NCBI GenBank assembly: GCA_029865465.1
Contig: JAOUGW010000001.1
Location: 1 to 44,320, forward strand
Direction: 5' to 3'
Length of the DNA stretch: 44,320 bases
Source of the DNA: Gammaproteobacteria bacterium
GTDB taxonomy: Bacteria; Pseudomonadota; Gammaproteobacteria; Steroidobacterales; Steroidobacteraceae
Shown here: in pieces, positions 1 to 9,699 of the stretch
Position numbering within the stretch: the first letter of the stretch is position 1
Layout of the letters: each line of letters begins with the position of its first letter
Program-made: the position numbers and the translations under genes
The notes under the pieces: model-generated
Seen by the model: only the letters and a program-made list of their open reading frames with translations
What the model was told of the DNA's origin: nothing
Database searches by the model: none

Positions 1-1452
1 GACCGCCCGTACTGGGTCGAGTCCGACAGCATCGACGTCGAATTCCACGTGCGTCACATCGCCGTGCCGCACCCGGGCGACTGGCGCCAGCTCTGCATCC
101 AGGTGGCGCGCCTGCACTCGCGGCCGCTCGACCGCAGCAAGCCACTGTGGGAGGCCTACGTCATCGAAGGGCTCCACGACGTGCCCGGCGTCCCGCCTGG
201 CAGCTTCGCGCTGTACACGAAGATGCATCACTCGATCGTCGACGGCGAATCGGGCACCGAGATCATGCGCGCGCTGCATTCGCTGACGCCGGAACCGATC
301 GATTTCGACGCCGAGGAACTCAGCGCGAGCGGGATCTACCGTGCTGACCGTGAACCGACCCTGGTCGAGCTGTACTCGCGCGCACTGGCGCACAACGTGC
401 AGAAGCTGCCGAACTTCGCGCGCTTCTCGTTCGGCACTGCGCGCAAGGTCGCTGCCCTCGGCGCCGAGGCGCTGACCAGGTTCAACAACCTTGGCGAGGG
501 GGGCTTCGTCGCCAACGTGCGTTCGCTGCTGACGGGTGACCTGGGCACGCTGTTGCCACGCATGCCGCCGCAGACGCGCTTCAGCCGCGACGTGTCGGCG
601 CACCGTGTGTTCGAGGCCGTGTCGCTGCCGCTCGCGGACTTCCGCGCGATCCGCAAGCAGGTGCCGAAGGCGACCATCAACGACCAGTTCCTCTGCATCG
701 TTGGTGGCGCGCTGCACGCCTACCTGTCCGCGAAGAACGAATTGCCCGATTCGACCATGGTTGCCATGGTGCCGATGACGTTGCGCGGCCAGGAAAAGGG
801 CGCCGACGTGGGTAACCAGGTCGGCTTCACGCTGATGCCAGTCCACTCCGAGATCGAGGATCCGCTCGAACGCCTGCGCACGATCTGCGACGCGGCTGCA
901 ACCTCGAAGCGCGTCACGGACGCCATCGGCAAGGAACTCGCGCGCGACCTGCTCGAGACGTTGCCGAGCATCGTGGCGGACCCGCTGCTGCGCAACGTGC
1001 GGGTGCCGCGCATCGGCCTCATCGTCTCGAACGTGCGCGGGCCTGACGTCCCGCTGTACATGGCGGGCGCGCGACTGGTCAACTACGCGCCGATCAGCAT
1101 CGCGCTCGACGGCATGGGTCTCAACGTCACGGCCTTCAGCTACGCGGGCAACATGTGGCTCTGCGCCGTCTCGTGCCGCGAAATGCTGCCGGATCCGTCG
1201 TTCTTCGCCGACTGCATGCGCGCCGCGTTCGCGCTGATGAAGGAAGCGGCGGAGCGTGAAGCCGCCTTCACCGTGGCCGAGTTGGCGGCGCTCGCACCGG
1301 CCGACGCCGACCATGTCATCGAAGGCCAGCTGGCGCGCAGGCCGACTCGTCGGCGCGCGAAAGCGAAGACCGCACCGCGTGCCGTGCCGGCCAAGGCGGC
1401 CGGCAAGAAGCGTCGCAGCCGCAAGGCCGCGGCGCCTGCAAGCCCGGCCTGA
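1..1452 (+). CDS. Wax ester synthase/diacylglycerol acyltransferase (WS/DGAT) family protein, 5'-truncated by the window edge, with a basic Lys/Ala/Pro/Arg-rich C-terminal tail
   Basis: Frame 1 is open from nt 1 (DRPYWVESDSIDVEFHVRHI...). HHSIVDGESG matches the HHxxxDG acyltransferase motif. ORF-track entry 49..1452 is only the internal-Met version. Confidence 0.85.
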   Translation, partial: DRPYWVESDSIDVEFHVRHIAVPHPGDWRQLCIQVARLHSRPLDRSKPLWEAYVIEGLHDVPGVPPGSFALYTKMHHSIVDGESGTEIMRALHSLTPEPIDFDAEELSASGIYRADREPTLVELYSRALAHNVQKLPNFARFSFGTARKVAALGAEALTRFNNLGEGGFVANVRSLLTGDLGTLLPRMPPQTRFSRDVSAHRVFEAVSLPLADFRAIRKQVPKATINDQFLCIVGGALHAYLSAKNELPDSTMVAMVPMTLRGQEKGADVGNQVGFTLMPVHSEIEDPLERLRTICDAAATSKRVTDAIGKELARDLLETLPSIVADPLLRNVRVPRIGLIVSNVRGPDVPLYMAGARLVNYAPISIALDGMGLNVTAFSYAGNMWLCAVSCREMLPDPSFFADCMRAAFALMKEAAEREAAFTVAELAALAPADADHVIEGQLARRPTRRRAKAKTAPRAVPAKAAGKKRRSRKAAAPASPA

Positions 1453-1454
1453 CG

Positions 1455-1841
1455 GTGATGCGCACGCGCGACCGGATGCCCCCCGGAATGCGGCGGGCAC
1501 TCGCGGATGTCTTCGGCGACCCGGTGGACGACGTCGTGCTGTGCGAGCATTCCTGGTTCGCGAAGCTGCACGGGCGCGCCACGGCGACGACTCGCCATAA
1601 CACGATCTACCTGCGGGGTTCAGCCGACGACTTCTTCGCCAATCCCGAACTGCTGCTGCACGAGTACTTCCACGTGCTGCGACAGTGGAACCGCGGGCGC
1701 ATGAACGTCGCCGATTACCTGCTCGAGTGGTATCGGCGCGGCTACTGGCAGAACCGCTACGAGCGGCAGGCCAGGCGCTTCGTGCAGTTGCGGCTCGCTG
1801 CGTTGCGGGCAGCGCTGGCGCGTGCCGGCGCGATCACCTGA
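1455..1841 (+). CDS. Small DUF4157-like protein with HExxH metallopeptidase-type motif (HEYFH)
   Basis: 128-aa ORF starting 2 nt after the WS/DGAT stop (GTG 1455 or ATG 1458). The pattern ...TTRHNTIYLRGSADDFFANPELLLHEYFHVLRQW resembles the DUF4157 core. Confidence 0.6.
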   Translation: MMRTRDRMPPGMRRALADVFGDPVDDVVLCEHSWFAKLHGRATATTRHNTIYLRGSADDFFANPELLLHEYFHVLRQWNRGRMNVADYLLEWYRRGYWQNRYERQARRFVQLRLAALRAALARAGAIT

Positions 1842-1850
1842 CATACGACG

Positions 1851-3779
1851 ATGATGCGCTTCTCGGAGGCTTTCGACGTGATCGTGGTGGGTGGCGGCCA
1901 TGCCGGCACGGAGGCCGCGCTCGCCTCGGCACGACGCGGTGCGCGCACGCTGCTCGTCACGCAGAGCATCGAGGGGCTGGGACAGATGAGCTGCAACCCG
2001 GCGATCGGCGGCATCGGCAAGGGTCACCTCGTCCGCGAGATCGATGCGCTGGGCGGCGCCATGGCGCGCGCTATCGACCGTGCCGGCATCCAGTTCCGCA
2101 CGCTCAATGCGAGCAAGGGCCCGGCCGTCCGTGCGACGCGAGCGCAGGCCGACCGCGCGCTCTACAAGAAGGCGATCCGCTCGATCGTCGAGAACCAGCC
2201 CGGACTGTCGCTGTTCCAGGCCGAAGTCGCCGACCTCCGGATCGAGCACGGCCGCGTCGCCGGTGTCGTCACCGCCGTGGGTCTCGAGTTCGCCGCGCGT
2301 GCGGTCGTGCTCACGGTCGGCACGTTTCTCGGCGGCAAGATCCACGTCGGGCTCGAACAGTCGCCGGGCGGACGGGCGGGCGATCCGCCGTCGAACCGCC
2401 TGGCGGAACGTCTGCGCGCGCTGCCGCTGCGCGTCGGCCGTCTCAAGACCGGCACGCCGCCGCGCATCGACGGCCGTTCGATCGATTACACCGGACTGCT
2501 GGTGCAGCCGGGTGATGAACCCGTGCCCGTGTTTTCGTTCCTGGGACGTCGCGACGAGCACCCGCGCCAGGTCTGCTGCCACATCACGGCCACGAACGAG
2601 CGTACGCACCAGCTGATCCGGTCCGGCAGCGACCGTTCGCCGATGTTCACCGGAGTCATCGAGGGTGTCGGTCCGCGGTATTGCCCCTCGGTCGAGGACA
2701 AGGTGGTCCGCTTCGCCGACAAGGCCTCGCACCAGGTCTTCATCGAGCCCGAAGGCCTCGACACGCACGAGGTTTACCCGAACGGCATTTCGACCAGCCT
2801 GCCTTTCGACGTGCAGCAGGCGTTCGTGCGCAGCATCAAGGGGTTCGAACGCGCGCACATCACGCGGCCGGGCTATGCGATCGAATACGACTTCTTCGAT
2901 CCACGTGACCTGCACCCCACGCTCCAGACGAAGCACGTGCCAGGCCTGTATTTCGCGGGCCAGATCAACGGCACCACCGGCTACGAGGAAGCGGCCGCGC
3001 AGGGCCTGCTCGCCGGCATCAACGCGAGCCTGCAGGTGCAGGAGCGGGAATCGTGGTTCCCGACCCGTGGCGATGCCTACATCGGGGTGATGGTCGACGA
3101 CCTCGTCACGCGTGGCGCGCCCGAGCCGTATCGCATGTTCACGAGCCGCGCGGAGTATCGCCTCACCCTGCGCGAAGACAACGCGGATCTTCGCCTCACG
3201 CCGGCCGGCCGTGCGCTCGGCCTCGTCGACGATGAGCGCTGGAGCCTGTTCGAGCGCAAGCGGGTCGCCGTCGACGCCGAGCTCGAGCGGCTGCACGCGA
3301 CCTGGGTCCGGCCGGGCACGGTCGTGGCGACCGAGCTCGAACCGCTATTTGGTGCGCAGCTGTCGCGCGAACAGCGCGCCTTCGAAATATTGCGTCGGCC
3401 CGAAGTACCGTACGCCGCGCTCGACGCCGCGCTTGGCGGTGGCGTCGACGACTGGCGCGACGATGAAAGACTCGCGGTGCAGGTGCCAGTACAGGTCGAT
3501 GTGCAGGCGAAGTACACCGGCTATATCGACCGCCAGCACGAGGAGATCGAGCGCCAGCGGCGCAGCGAGGAAACGCGGCTGCCCGAGACGCTCGACTACG
3601 CGCAGGTGCGCGGGCTCTCCAGCGAGGTGCGGCAGAAGCTCGCACAGCAGCGGCCGACGACGCTCGGCCAGGCGGCGCGCATTCCCGGGCTCACGCCCGC
3701 GGCGATCTCGATCCTGCTCATTCACCTGAAGCGGCAGCACGGGACGCCTGCACCCACGCGGGGCACCGGCGCCGGGTAA
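1851..3779 (+). CDS. mnmG: tRNA uridine-5-carboxymethylaminomethyl(34) synthesis enzyme MnmG (GidA)
   Basis: 642 aa. N-terminal FAD fold [15 protein letters not shown] and full-length MnmG-like sequence (GPRYCPSIEDK-type motif [11 protein letters not shown]). Confidence 0.97.
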   Translation: MMRFSEAFDVIVVGGGHAGTEAALASARRGARTLLVTQSIEGLGQMSCNPAIGGIGKGHLVREIDALGGAMARAIDRAGIQFRTLNASKGPAVRATRAQADRALYKKAIRSIVENQPGLSLFQAEVADLRIEHGRVAGVVTAVGLEFAARAVVLTVGTFLGGKIHVGLEQSPGGRAGDPPSNRLAERLRALPLRVGRLKTGTPPRIDGRSIDYTGLLVQPGDEPVPVFSFLGRRDEHPRQVCCHITATNERTHQLIRSGSDRSPMFTGVIEGVGPRYCPSVEDKVVRFADKASHQVFIEPEGLDTHEVYPNGISTSLPFDVQQAFVRSIKGFERAHITRPGYAIEYDFFDPRDLHPTLQTKHVPGLYFAGQINGTTGYEEAAAQGLLAGINASLQVQERESWFPTRGDAYIGVMVDDLVTRGAPEPYRMFTSRAEYRLTLREDNADLRLTPAGRALGLVDDERWSLFERKRVAVDAELERLHATWVRPGTVVATELEPLFGAQLSREQRAFEILRRPEVPYAALDAALGGGVDDWRDDERLAVQVPVQVDVQAKYTGYIDRQHEEIERQRRSEETRLPETLDYAQVRGLSSEVRQKLAQQRPTTLGQAARIPGLTPAAISILLIHLKRQHGTPAPTRGTGAG

Positions 3780-3816
3780 GATCGCGCGCAGTCGTTGCGC
3801 CCGAGGCCTGGATCCC

Positions 3817-5514
3817 ATGCTGCAGTCCGTCTTTCGAACGAACCGTCGAGCAGCGCCCGTGTCCAGCGCATGGGTCATCGGCCTTTCTGCGGTAGTGCTC
3901 GCCGTGGCCGGATGCGGCGGCCGCGACGGCGACGCGAGCAAGACGGGCAGCGCGGCCAAGACCGGCAGCACGGTGCCGTCCGATTTCGATCCAACGGTCC
4001 TGCGGCGCGGCAACGGCCCCGAGCCCGAAACGCTCGACCCGCAACTCGCGCGTACCGAAGGCGCGTTTCACATCCTGCGGGACGTGTTCGAAGGCCTCAC
4101 TTCGATCGGTCCCGACGGCTCGCCCGTCCCGGCGGCGGCCGAGTCGTGGACGGTCACGCCCGACGGTCTCGAATACCGCTTCACGCTGCGTGACGGATTG
4201 CGGTGGTCGAACGGCGACGTGCTCCGGGCCGCGGACTTCGTGGCGGGCATGCGCCGGCTCGTCGATCCGAACACGGCCTCGCCCTATGCGCATTTCATCG
4301 ATCCGGTGCTTAACGCCGGGGCCATCACGCGCGGGGAAATGAAGCTCGGGGATCTCGGTGTCTCCGCGCCCGACGACCGCACCGTGCTGATCCGGCTCGC
4401 AACCCCCGCGCCTTACCTGCTCGGTCTGCTGTCGCAGCCGGGGACGTTCCCCGTGCATGGCCCCTCGCTGGCCGCACATGGAGCGGAGTACGCGCGACCC
4501 GGCAAGCTCGTGTCGAACGGCGCCTTCGTGCTCGCGGACTGGGTCATCGGGTCGCACGTCGTCCTGCGCCGGAATGCGCACTACTGGAACAACGCGGCGA
4601 CCGGGCTCGAGGCCGTCCACTTCGTGCATATTGCGGATGCGGGGACCGAACTGCGGCAGTACCGGGCGGGCCAGCTCGACTTCACCTACGTCGTGCCGGC
4701 ACCTCTGTTCCAGTGGATCAAGCAGAACCTGCCCGACGAGCTGCACATCGCGCCGCAACTCAGCGTCTACTACTACGGCTTCAACCTGACGCGGCCTCCG
4801 TTCAAGGACAACCCGAAGTTGCGCCGCGCCCTGTCGCTCGCGATCGACCGCGACAAGCTGACCACGGCGGTGACGGGCGTGGGTGAAGCTCCGGCCTATG
4901 GATGGGTGCCGCGCGGGGTCTGGAACTACACGCCACAGCGGTTTGACTACGCCGGCAAGCCGTACGCCGAACGGCTGGCCGAGGCCCGCCGGCTGTATGC
5001 GGAAGCCGGATACTCGGCAGCCCAGCCGCTGCGCATCGAGCTGCGCTACAACTCGGGCGACCAGCACAACCGGCTCGCCGTCGCGGTCGCTGCCATGTGG
5101 AAGGAAGGGCTAGGCGTCGAAACGACGCTCTACGCGGAGGAATTCCGCGCCCTGTTGCAGAGCATCCAGGCCCGCCGGGACACGCAGGTGTTCCGGTCGA
5201 GCTGGGTCGGCGATTTCAACGATGCATACACGTTCGCTCAGCTGCTGCAGACCAACTTCGGCATCAACCTGAGCGGCTACTCGAACCCGCGCTACGACGC
5301 CCTGCTGGCGGATGCAGTCAGGCAGGCCGACGCGGCGAAGCGCCGGGCGCTGCTCGAAGAAGCCGAGCGGGTGATGCTGGCCGACCATCCGGTGCTGCCG
5401 CTGTACTTCTATGTGAACAAGCACCTCGTGAAGCCCTGGGTGCGGGGCTGGACCGACAACGTCATGAACGTCGTCTACAGCAAGGACCTGCGGCTCGAGC
5501 GGCCGGCTCGCTGA
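3817..5514 (+). CDS. ABC transporter substrate-binding lipoprotein, family 5 (oligopeptide/murein-peptide OppA/MppA-like)
   Basis: 565 aa. Lipobox LAVAGC near the N-terminus and OppA-like blocks (TLDPQLARTEGAFHILRDVFEGL, LRWSNGD). No adjacent permease or ATPase genes. Confidence 0.85.
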   Translation: MLQSVFRTNRRAAPVSSAWVIGLSAVVLAVAGCGGRDGDASKTGSAAKTGSTVPSDFDPTVLRRGNGPEPETLDPQLARTEGAFHILRDVFEGLTSIGPDGSPVPAAAESWTVTPDGLEYRFTLRDGLRWSNGDVLRAADFVAGMRRLVDPNTASPYAHFIDPVLNAGAITRGEMKLGDLGVSAPDDRTVLIRLATPAPYLLGLLSQPGTFPVHGPSLAAHGAEYARPGKLVSNGAFVLADWVIGSHVVLRRNAHYWNNAATGLEAVHFVHIADAGTELRQYRAGQLDFTYVVPAPLFQWIKQNLPDELHIAPQLSVYYYGFNLTRPPFKDNPKLRRALSLAIDRDKLTTAVTGVGEAPAYGWVPRGVWNYTPQRFDYAGKPYAERLAEARRLYAEAGYSAAQPLRIELRYNSGDQHNRLAVAVAAMWKEGLGVETTLYAEEFRALLQSIQARRDTQVFRSSWVGDFNDAYTFAQLLQTNFGINLSGYSNPRYDALLADAVRQADAAKRRALLEEAERVMLADHPVLPLYFYVNKHLVKPWVRGWTDNVMNVVYSKDLRLERPAR

Positions 5515-5616
5515 GGGTCTCGTCACAGATTGCGCATCCCGGACCTGCCCGGAGTTGAGCGTGGCACCCCCGGCTTGCGACGATTCCGCTACCGGAACAT
5601 TCCTCGCGGAACACCC

Positions 5617-5907
5617 ATGACCTGGTTCGTCGTTTTTGCCTGCTCTGCGTTTGGTCTCTGGTACTGGCGGGAGTACTCGGCGAAGCAGCGCGACCTCGAA
5701 AGTTCCTCGTCCCCGCAGCGTACGGGGGAGCGGTTCATCGGCCAGGTCGTGACCGTGCCGAAGGGCATCGAGAACGGCTCGGGTCGCGTGCAGCTCGGTC
5801 CGCAAAAATGGTCGCTGCGGGGGCCCGACGTCCCGGCCGGCGGCCAGGTTCGCATCACGGGTGTCGACGGCCGCGTGCTGATCGTCGACCGGATGCCTGG
5901 CCCCTGA
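5617..5907 (+). CDS. NfeD-family C-terminal (OB-fold) domain membrane protein
   Basis: One N-terminal TM helix (WFVVFACSAFGLWYW) followed by a G-x-V...G.V.L.G..W-type OB-fold pattern (GQVVTVPKGIENGSGRVQLGPQKWSLRG...VRITGVDGRVLIV). I chose ATG 5617 over the upstream 5530 start. Confidence 0.65.
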   Translation: MTWFVVFACSAFGLWYWREYSAKQRDLESSSSPQRTGERFIGQVVTVPKGIENGSGRVQLGPQKWSLRGPDVPAGGQVRITGVDGRVLIVDRMPGP

Positions 5908-6109
5908 TCCCCGTTCGGGGCCAGGCCGCAGGGGCCGGGGCCGAGGCTCGTTCTCGCCGTCGCAATCCAACAGACAAAATTGACAATAGCTAATCTCTTA
6001 AAGACATCGAACTATCCGATGCGTCGAATTGCTGAATAATCAGCACGCGCGGGGCCAGCCCATCGCCGAGCAGCTGGACAGGGCGACAGGCGCAACGGCC
6101 CGGGCGCGA

Positions 6110-6844
6110 TCAGGGGATCAGCAGTTCGAACTGCGCGCTCACGTTGGCCGTGAATTTCATCTCGGACGGCTGGTAACTCTCTGCGGCCCCGTCAGCCTTC
6201 GGCGCCGCCGCGACCGTCATTGCCCGCTCGGCGTACATGGGCACCGGCATCATTCCCGTGGTGTTGAGGCTCTGCACCGGACCCAGCTTCGCGCCCGCTG
6301 CGCTGGCCAGGGCGTCCGCGTTCAAGCGGGCGTCGTCGACCGCCTGCGTCAGTGCCGCACGCTCCAGTTCCTTGCGTCGCGATGAGTCGAGCCGTGCTCC
6401 GCCCACCTGGTTCACGCCGGCCGAGACCGACTTCTCGAGCAACGTGCCGAGGCGGTCGAGGTCATGCAATTCCACGTCCACCTGGCGGCTGACGACATAC
6501 CCGAGCAGCACCTGCTGGGACGCTTTCTCGTCCCAGCGGTAATCGGGTTGTACCTGCAGCCGCGTCGAGTCCACGAACTTCGGCTCGATCTTCAGTTCGC
6601 GGGTCAGGGCCATGATCCGTTCGACCGTCGCGTTGACCTCCGTCCGGGCCTCTGCCAGCGTGGGCCTGCGCGCCTCCACCCCCAGGGTCACGTAGGCCAT
6701 GTCGGGCTGGGCCTTCACCTCGCCCGAGCCGGTCACGCTGACCAACCGCAACGGGACCTCGGCCGCCGTCGCAACGCCTGCGGACGCCAGCATCGAGGCG
6801 GCCATGAGGACTGTTAACCATCGGGTCCGAACCAGCTGGGTCAT
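6110..6844 (-). CDS. SIMPL/DUF541 family periplasmic protein (YggE-like)
   Basis: 244 aa with a signal peptide ending ATAAE. Typical SIMPL blocks are present (VTGSGEVKAQPDMAYVTLGVE..., LLGYVVSRQVDVEL). Confidence 0.8.
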   Translation of the reverse strand: MTQLVRTRWLTVLMAASMLASAGVATAAEVPLRLVSVTGSGEVKAQPDMAYVTLGVEARRPTLAEARTEVNATVERIMALTRELKIEPKFVDSTRLQVQPDYRWDEKASQQVLLGYVVSRQVDVELHDLDRLGTLLEKSVSAGVNQVGGARLDSSRRKELERAALTQAVDDARLNADALASAAGAKLGPVQSLNTTGMMPVPMYAERAMTVAAAPKADGAAESYQPSEMKFTANVSAQFELLIP

Positions 6845-7010
6845 CGCGGGAATCCTCGGGAAGAATGTGGCACGCGCAGTCTATTCCAGCTCGAGCCGGT
6901 GACGGGACCAGGCCTGCATTCGACTCGCCAGAGCATTTTTATTAACATGCCCGGCCCTTGAGCTGACCCCGGCGGCCGAAGCCGGAATGACGATTCCGCA
7001 GGAGTGTTCC

Positions 7011-7637
7011 ATGACCCCGAGATCGGCCTGGCTCGCACTGAGCCTGACCCTTGCGTCGCTCGCCCCGGGCCTGGCGCAGGCCGCTGACACCGTTCGTGGC
7101 GGCAAGCTGGCCTACACCTGCCATGGTTGCCACGGCATCCCGAACTACAAGAACGCGTATCCGATCTACAGCGTGCCGAAACTGGGCGGCCAGCACGCTG
7201 CTTACCTGGTCGTCGCGCTCAAGGGGTACAAGTCGGGTGATCGCGGGCATCCCACGATGTACGCGCAGGCGACGACGCTCGCCGACGCGGACCTGGCCGA
7301 CATCGCGGCGTTCCTGTCGGGCACCGAGATCAAGCCGACGGGTCGCGCAGTCGGCACGGCGCCGAAGGCCAGCCAGACGTGCGTCGCCTGCCATGGCAAC
7401 GACGGCGTCGGCATCCTGCCGGAATACCCGAACCTCGCCGGCCAGCACGAGGACTACATCCTGCACTCGCTGCGCTCTTACAAGAGCGGCGTGCGCAAGA
7501 ACGCGATCATGTCCGGCATGGCCGCCGCGCTGACGGAAAAGGACATCCAGGAACTGGCGAAGTACTACTCGTCGCAGCGTCCGGGCCTCTGCGCCACGGA
7601 CGAAATCCGCAAGGCCGGCAAGTGCAAGGGGCAGTGA
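7011..7637 (+). CDS. Dihaem cytochrome c4
   Basis: Two CxxCH haem motifs (CHGCHG, CVACHG), a signal peptide, and GGAG 7 nt upstream of ATG 7011. Confidence 0.85.
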   Translation: MTPRSAWLALSLTLASLAPGLAQAADTVRGGKLAYTCHGCHGIPNYKNAYPIYSVPKLGGQHAAYLVVALKGYKSGDRGHPTMYAQATTLADADLADIAAFLSGTEIKPTGRAVGTAPKASQTCVACHGNDGVGILPEYPNLAGQHEDYILHSLRSYKSGVRKNAIMSGMAAALTEKDIQELAKYYSSQRPGLCATDEIRKAGKCKGQ

Positions 7638-7659
7638 TTCTCTCCCGTCGTCCGATGGC

Positions 7660-8616
7660 ATGACCTCATCCACAGCAGGCCGCGCAGCCCAGCCCATGGG
7701 CGACGGCCTCTACCTGATCGATACGGATTACGTGCGACCGGGGCTCGCGGCGAGCCACCTGGTGGTGGACCAGGCCCGCGCAGCCTTCATCGACACCGGC
7801 CCCGGTCCGGCCGCGCCCAGGCTGCTGGCGGCACTCGACGAGCTCGGCATCGCGCGCTCGCAAGTCGACTACCTGTTCCTGACGCACGTCCACCTCGATC
7901 ATGCCGGCGGCGCCGGGCAGATGATGCGCGCACTGCCCAACGCGAGGGCTGTGCTGCATCCGCGCGGCGCACCGCACCTGGTCGATCCGTCCAGGCTCAT
8001 TGCGGGCACCATCGCCGTCTACGGCGAGGCCGTGTACGCCCGGCTGTATGGCGAGATCCTGCCGATCCCGGCCGACCGCGTGCTGTTGACGGAAGACGGC
8101 ACGCGGCTGAAGCTCGGCGCCCGCACGTTCGAATTCATCGATGCGCCAGGCCACGCGAGGCATCACCACTGCCCGATCGATCTCGACTTTCGCGACGTCT
8201 ATGCCGGCGACAACTTCGGCATCTGCTACCGCGAGTTCGACACGGCCGCCGGTCCGTTCATGCTGCCGACGACGACCCCGGTGCATTTCGAGCCCGACGT
8301 GCTGCACCGGACGATCGACCGGTTGCTGTCGTACCGCCCGCGCCGCATCGTGCAGACGCACTTCGGGCCGGTCACCGATCTCGACCGCCTGGCGCGCGAT
8401 CTGCACGCGGACCTCGACATACTCGTCGCGATCGGCAGGCGTCACGGGGCGGCGCCCGATCGCGCGCAGCGCATCCGGCATGACATGTTCGAGCACTTCA
8501 GCACGCGGCTCGATGAGCACGGCTATGCTGGCAGCCTGGCGCGCCGCCATGAATTCATCGACGAAGACGTGAACCTCAATACCCAGGGCCTTGAAGTGTG
8601 GCTCAGTCGGCAATAA
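7660..8616 (+). CDS. MBL-fold metallo-hydrolase
   Basis: 318 aa with the HxHxDH motif (LTHVHLDHAGG). Confidence 0.8.
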   Translation: MTSSTAGRAAQPMGDGLYLIDTDYVRPGLAASHLVVDQARAAFIDTGPGPAAPRLLAALDELGIARSQVDYLFLTHVHLDHAGGAGQMMRALPNARAVLHPRGAPHLVDPSRLIAGTIAVYGEAVYARLYGEILPIPADRVLLTEDGTRLKLGARTFEFIDAPGHARHHHCPIDLDFRDVYAGDNFGICYREFDTAAGPFMLPTTTPVHFEPDVLHRTIDRLLSYRPRRIVQTHFGPVTDLDRLARDLHADLDILVAIGRRHGAAPDRAQRIRHDMFEHFSTRLDEHGYAGSLARRHEFIDEDVNLNTQGLEVWLSRQ

Positions 8617-8688
8617 CCCTGCATTGCCGGCTCTAAACTGCCGCACCGCAGAGTCAAGGCACGCAATCCGATCACTGGCGCGGTAGCA

Positions 8689-9699
8689 ATGACGTTTGAC
8701 ATAAACTCTTTCGCAGCATTTCGCATTCACCGGCAGGGCGGCCAGATCACCGCCCGGTTCGACCAGGTCGGGCTGTCCGACCTGACGGCGGGCGAAGTCG
8801 TCGTGCGCGTGTCGTACTCGGACATCAACTACAAGGACGCACTGGCAGCGACGGGCACCGCCCCCATCCTGCGGAAATATCCGCTGGTGGGCGGCATCGA
8901 CCTCGCTGGTGAAGTCGTGTATTCGTCCGATCCGCGCCATGCGCCGGGGCAGCGCGTGCTGGTCACCGGTTGCGGTCTCAGCGAAACCCAGGACGGCGGT
9001 TACGCGGAATACGCGCGCGTGCAGGGCGACTGGGCCATTCCCATTCCAACCGGCATGACGGATGCGGATGCGATGAAGCTCGGTACCGCGGGCTTCACAG
9101 CGGCACTCGCGATCCATCGCATGGAGCAGAACGGCCAGCAGCCCGCGAACGGCCCCGTCGTCATCACGGGGGCGACCGGCGGCGTCGGCAGCCTCGCCAT
9201 CAACATGCTGGCGGGCCGCGGCTACGAAGTGGTCGCCGTGAGCGGCAAGCCCGAGGCAGACGCGTACCTGCACGGAATCGGCGCGTCGCAGATCCTGCGG
9301 CGCCAGTCGCTGGATCTCGGCTCGAAGCCGATGGAAGCCGCGCTGTGGGCGGGCGCCGTCGACAACGTCGGCGGCGAAGTGCTCACCTGGCTCACGCGCA
9401 CCATGGGCTATGGCGGCAACATCGCCAGCGTCGGACTGGCTGCGAGCCACGAGCTGCACACCACGGTGATGCCGTTCATCCTGCGCGGAGTGAACCTGCT
9501 CGGGATCAATTCCGTGGCGACGCCCCGCGCGCTGCGGCTAGCGGTCTGGCAGCGCCTGGCTACCGACCTGCGGCCGGCGCAACTCGACCGCATCGCCGGC
9601 AAGCACATAACGCTCGCTGAACTGCCCGCGCAGTTCGACGAATACATCAAGGGCCGGGTCATCGGCCGCACCGTCGTAAGGATCGGAAAGGACACATGA
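8689..9699 (+). CDS. yhdH: YhdH/YhfP-family NADPH:quinone oxidoreductase (acrylyl-CoA reductase AcuI-like)
   Basis: 336 aa, collinear with E. coli YhdH as I recall it (SSLNYKDALA-like [28 protein letters not shown]). Confidence 0.85.
   Translation: MTFDINSFAAFRIHRQGGQITARFDQVGLSDLTAGEVVVRVSYSDINYKDALAATGTAPILRKYPLVGGIDLAGEVVYSSDPRHAPGQRVLVTGCGLSETQDGGYAEYARVQGDWAIPIPTGMTDADAMKLGTAGFTAALAIHRMEQNGQQPANGPVVITGATGGVGSLAINMLAGRGYEVVAVSGKPEADAYLHGIGASQILRRQSLDLGSKPMEAALWAGAVDNVGGEVLTWLTRTMGYGGNIASVGLAASHELHTTVMPFILRGVNLLGINSVATPRALRLAVWQRLATDLRPAQLDRIAGKHITLAELPAQFDEYIKGRVIGRTVVRIGKDT

Noticed and set aside
1620-3296. 558-aa ORF antisense to mnmG. Similar very long antisense or out-of-frame ORFs occur at 3718-5067(-), 7666-9459(-), 12909-14552(+), 16552-19281(-), 25956-27815(-), 30827-32320(-) and elsewhere.
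   Set aside because: Their products are Arg/Ala/Gly/Pro-rich low-complexity sequences with no recognisable motifs. They fully overlap genes with unmistakable family signatures. Long stop-free shadow frames are expected in DNA with roughly two-thirds G+C.
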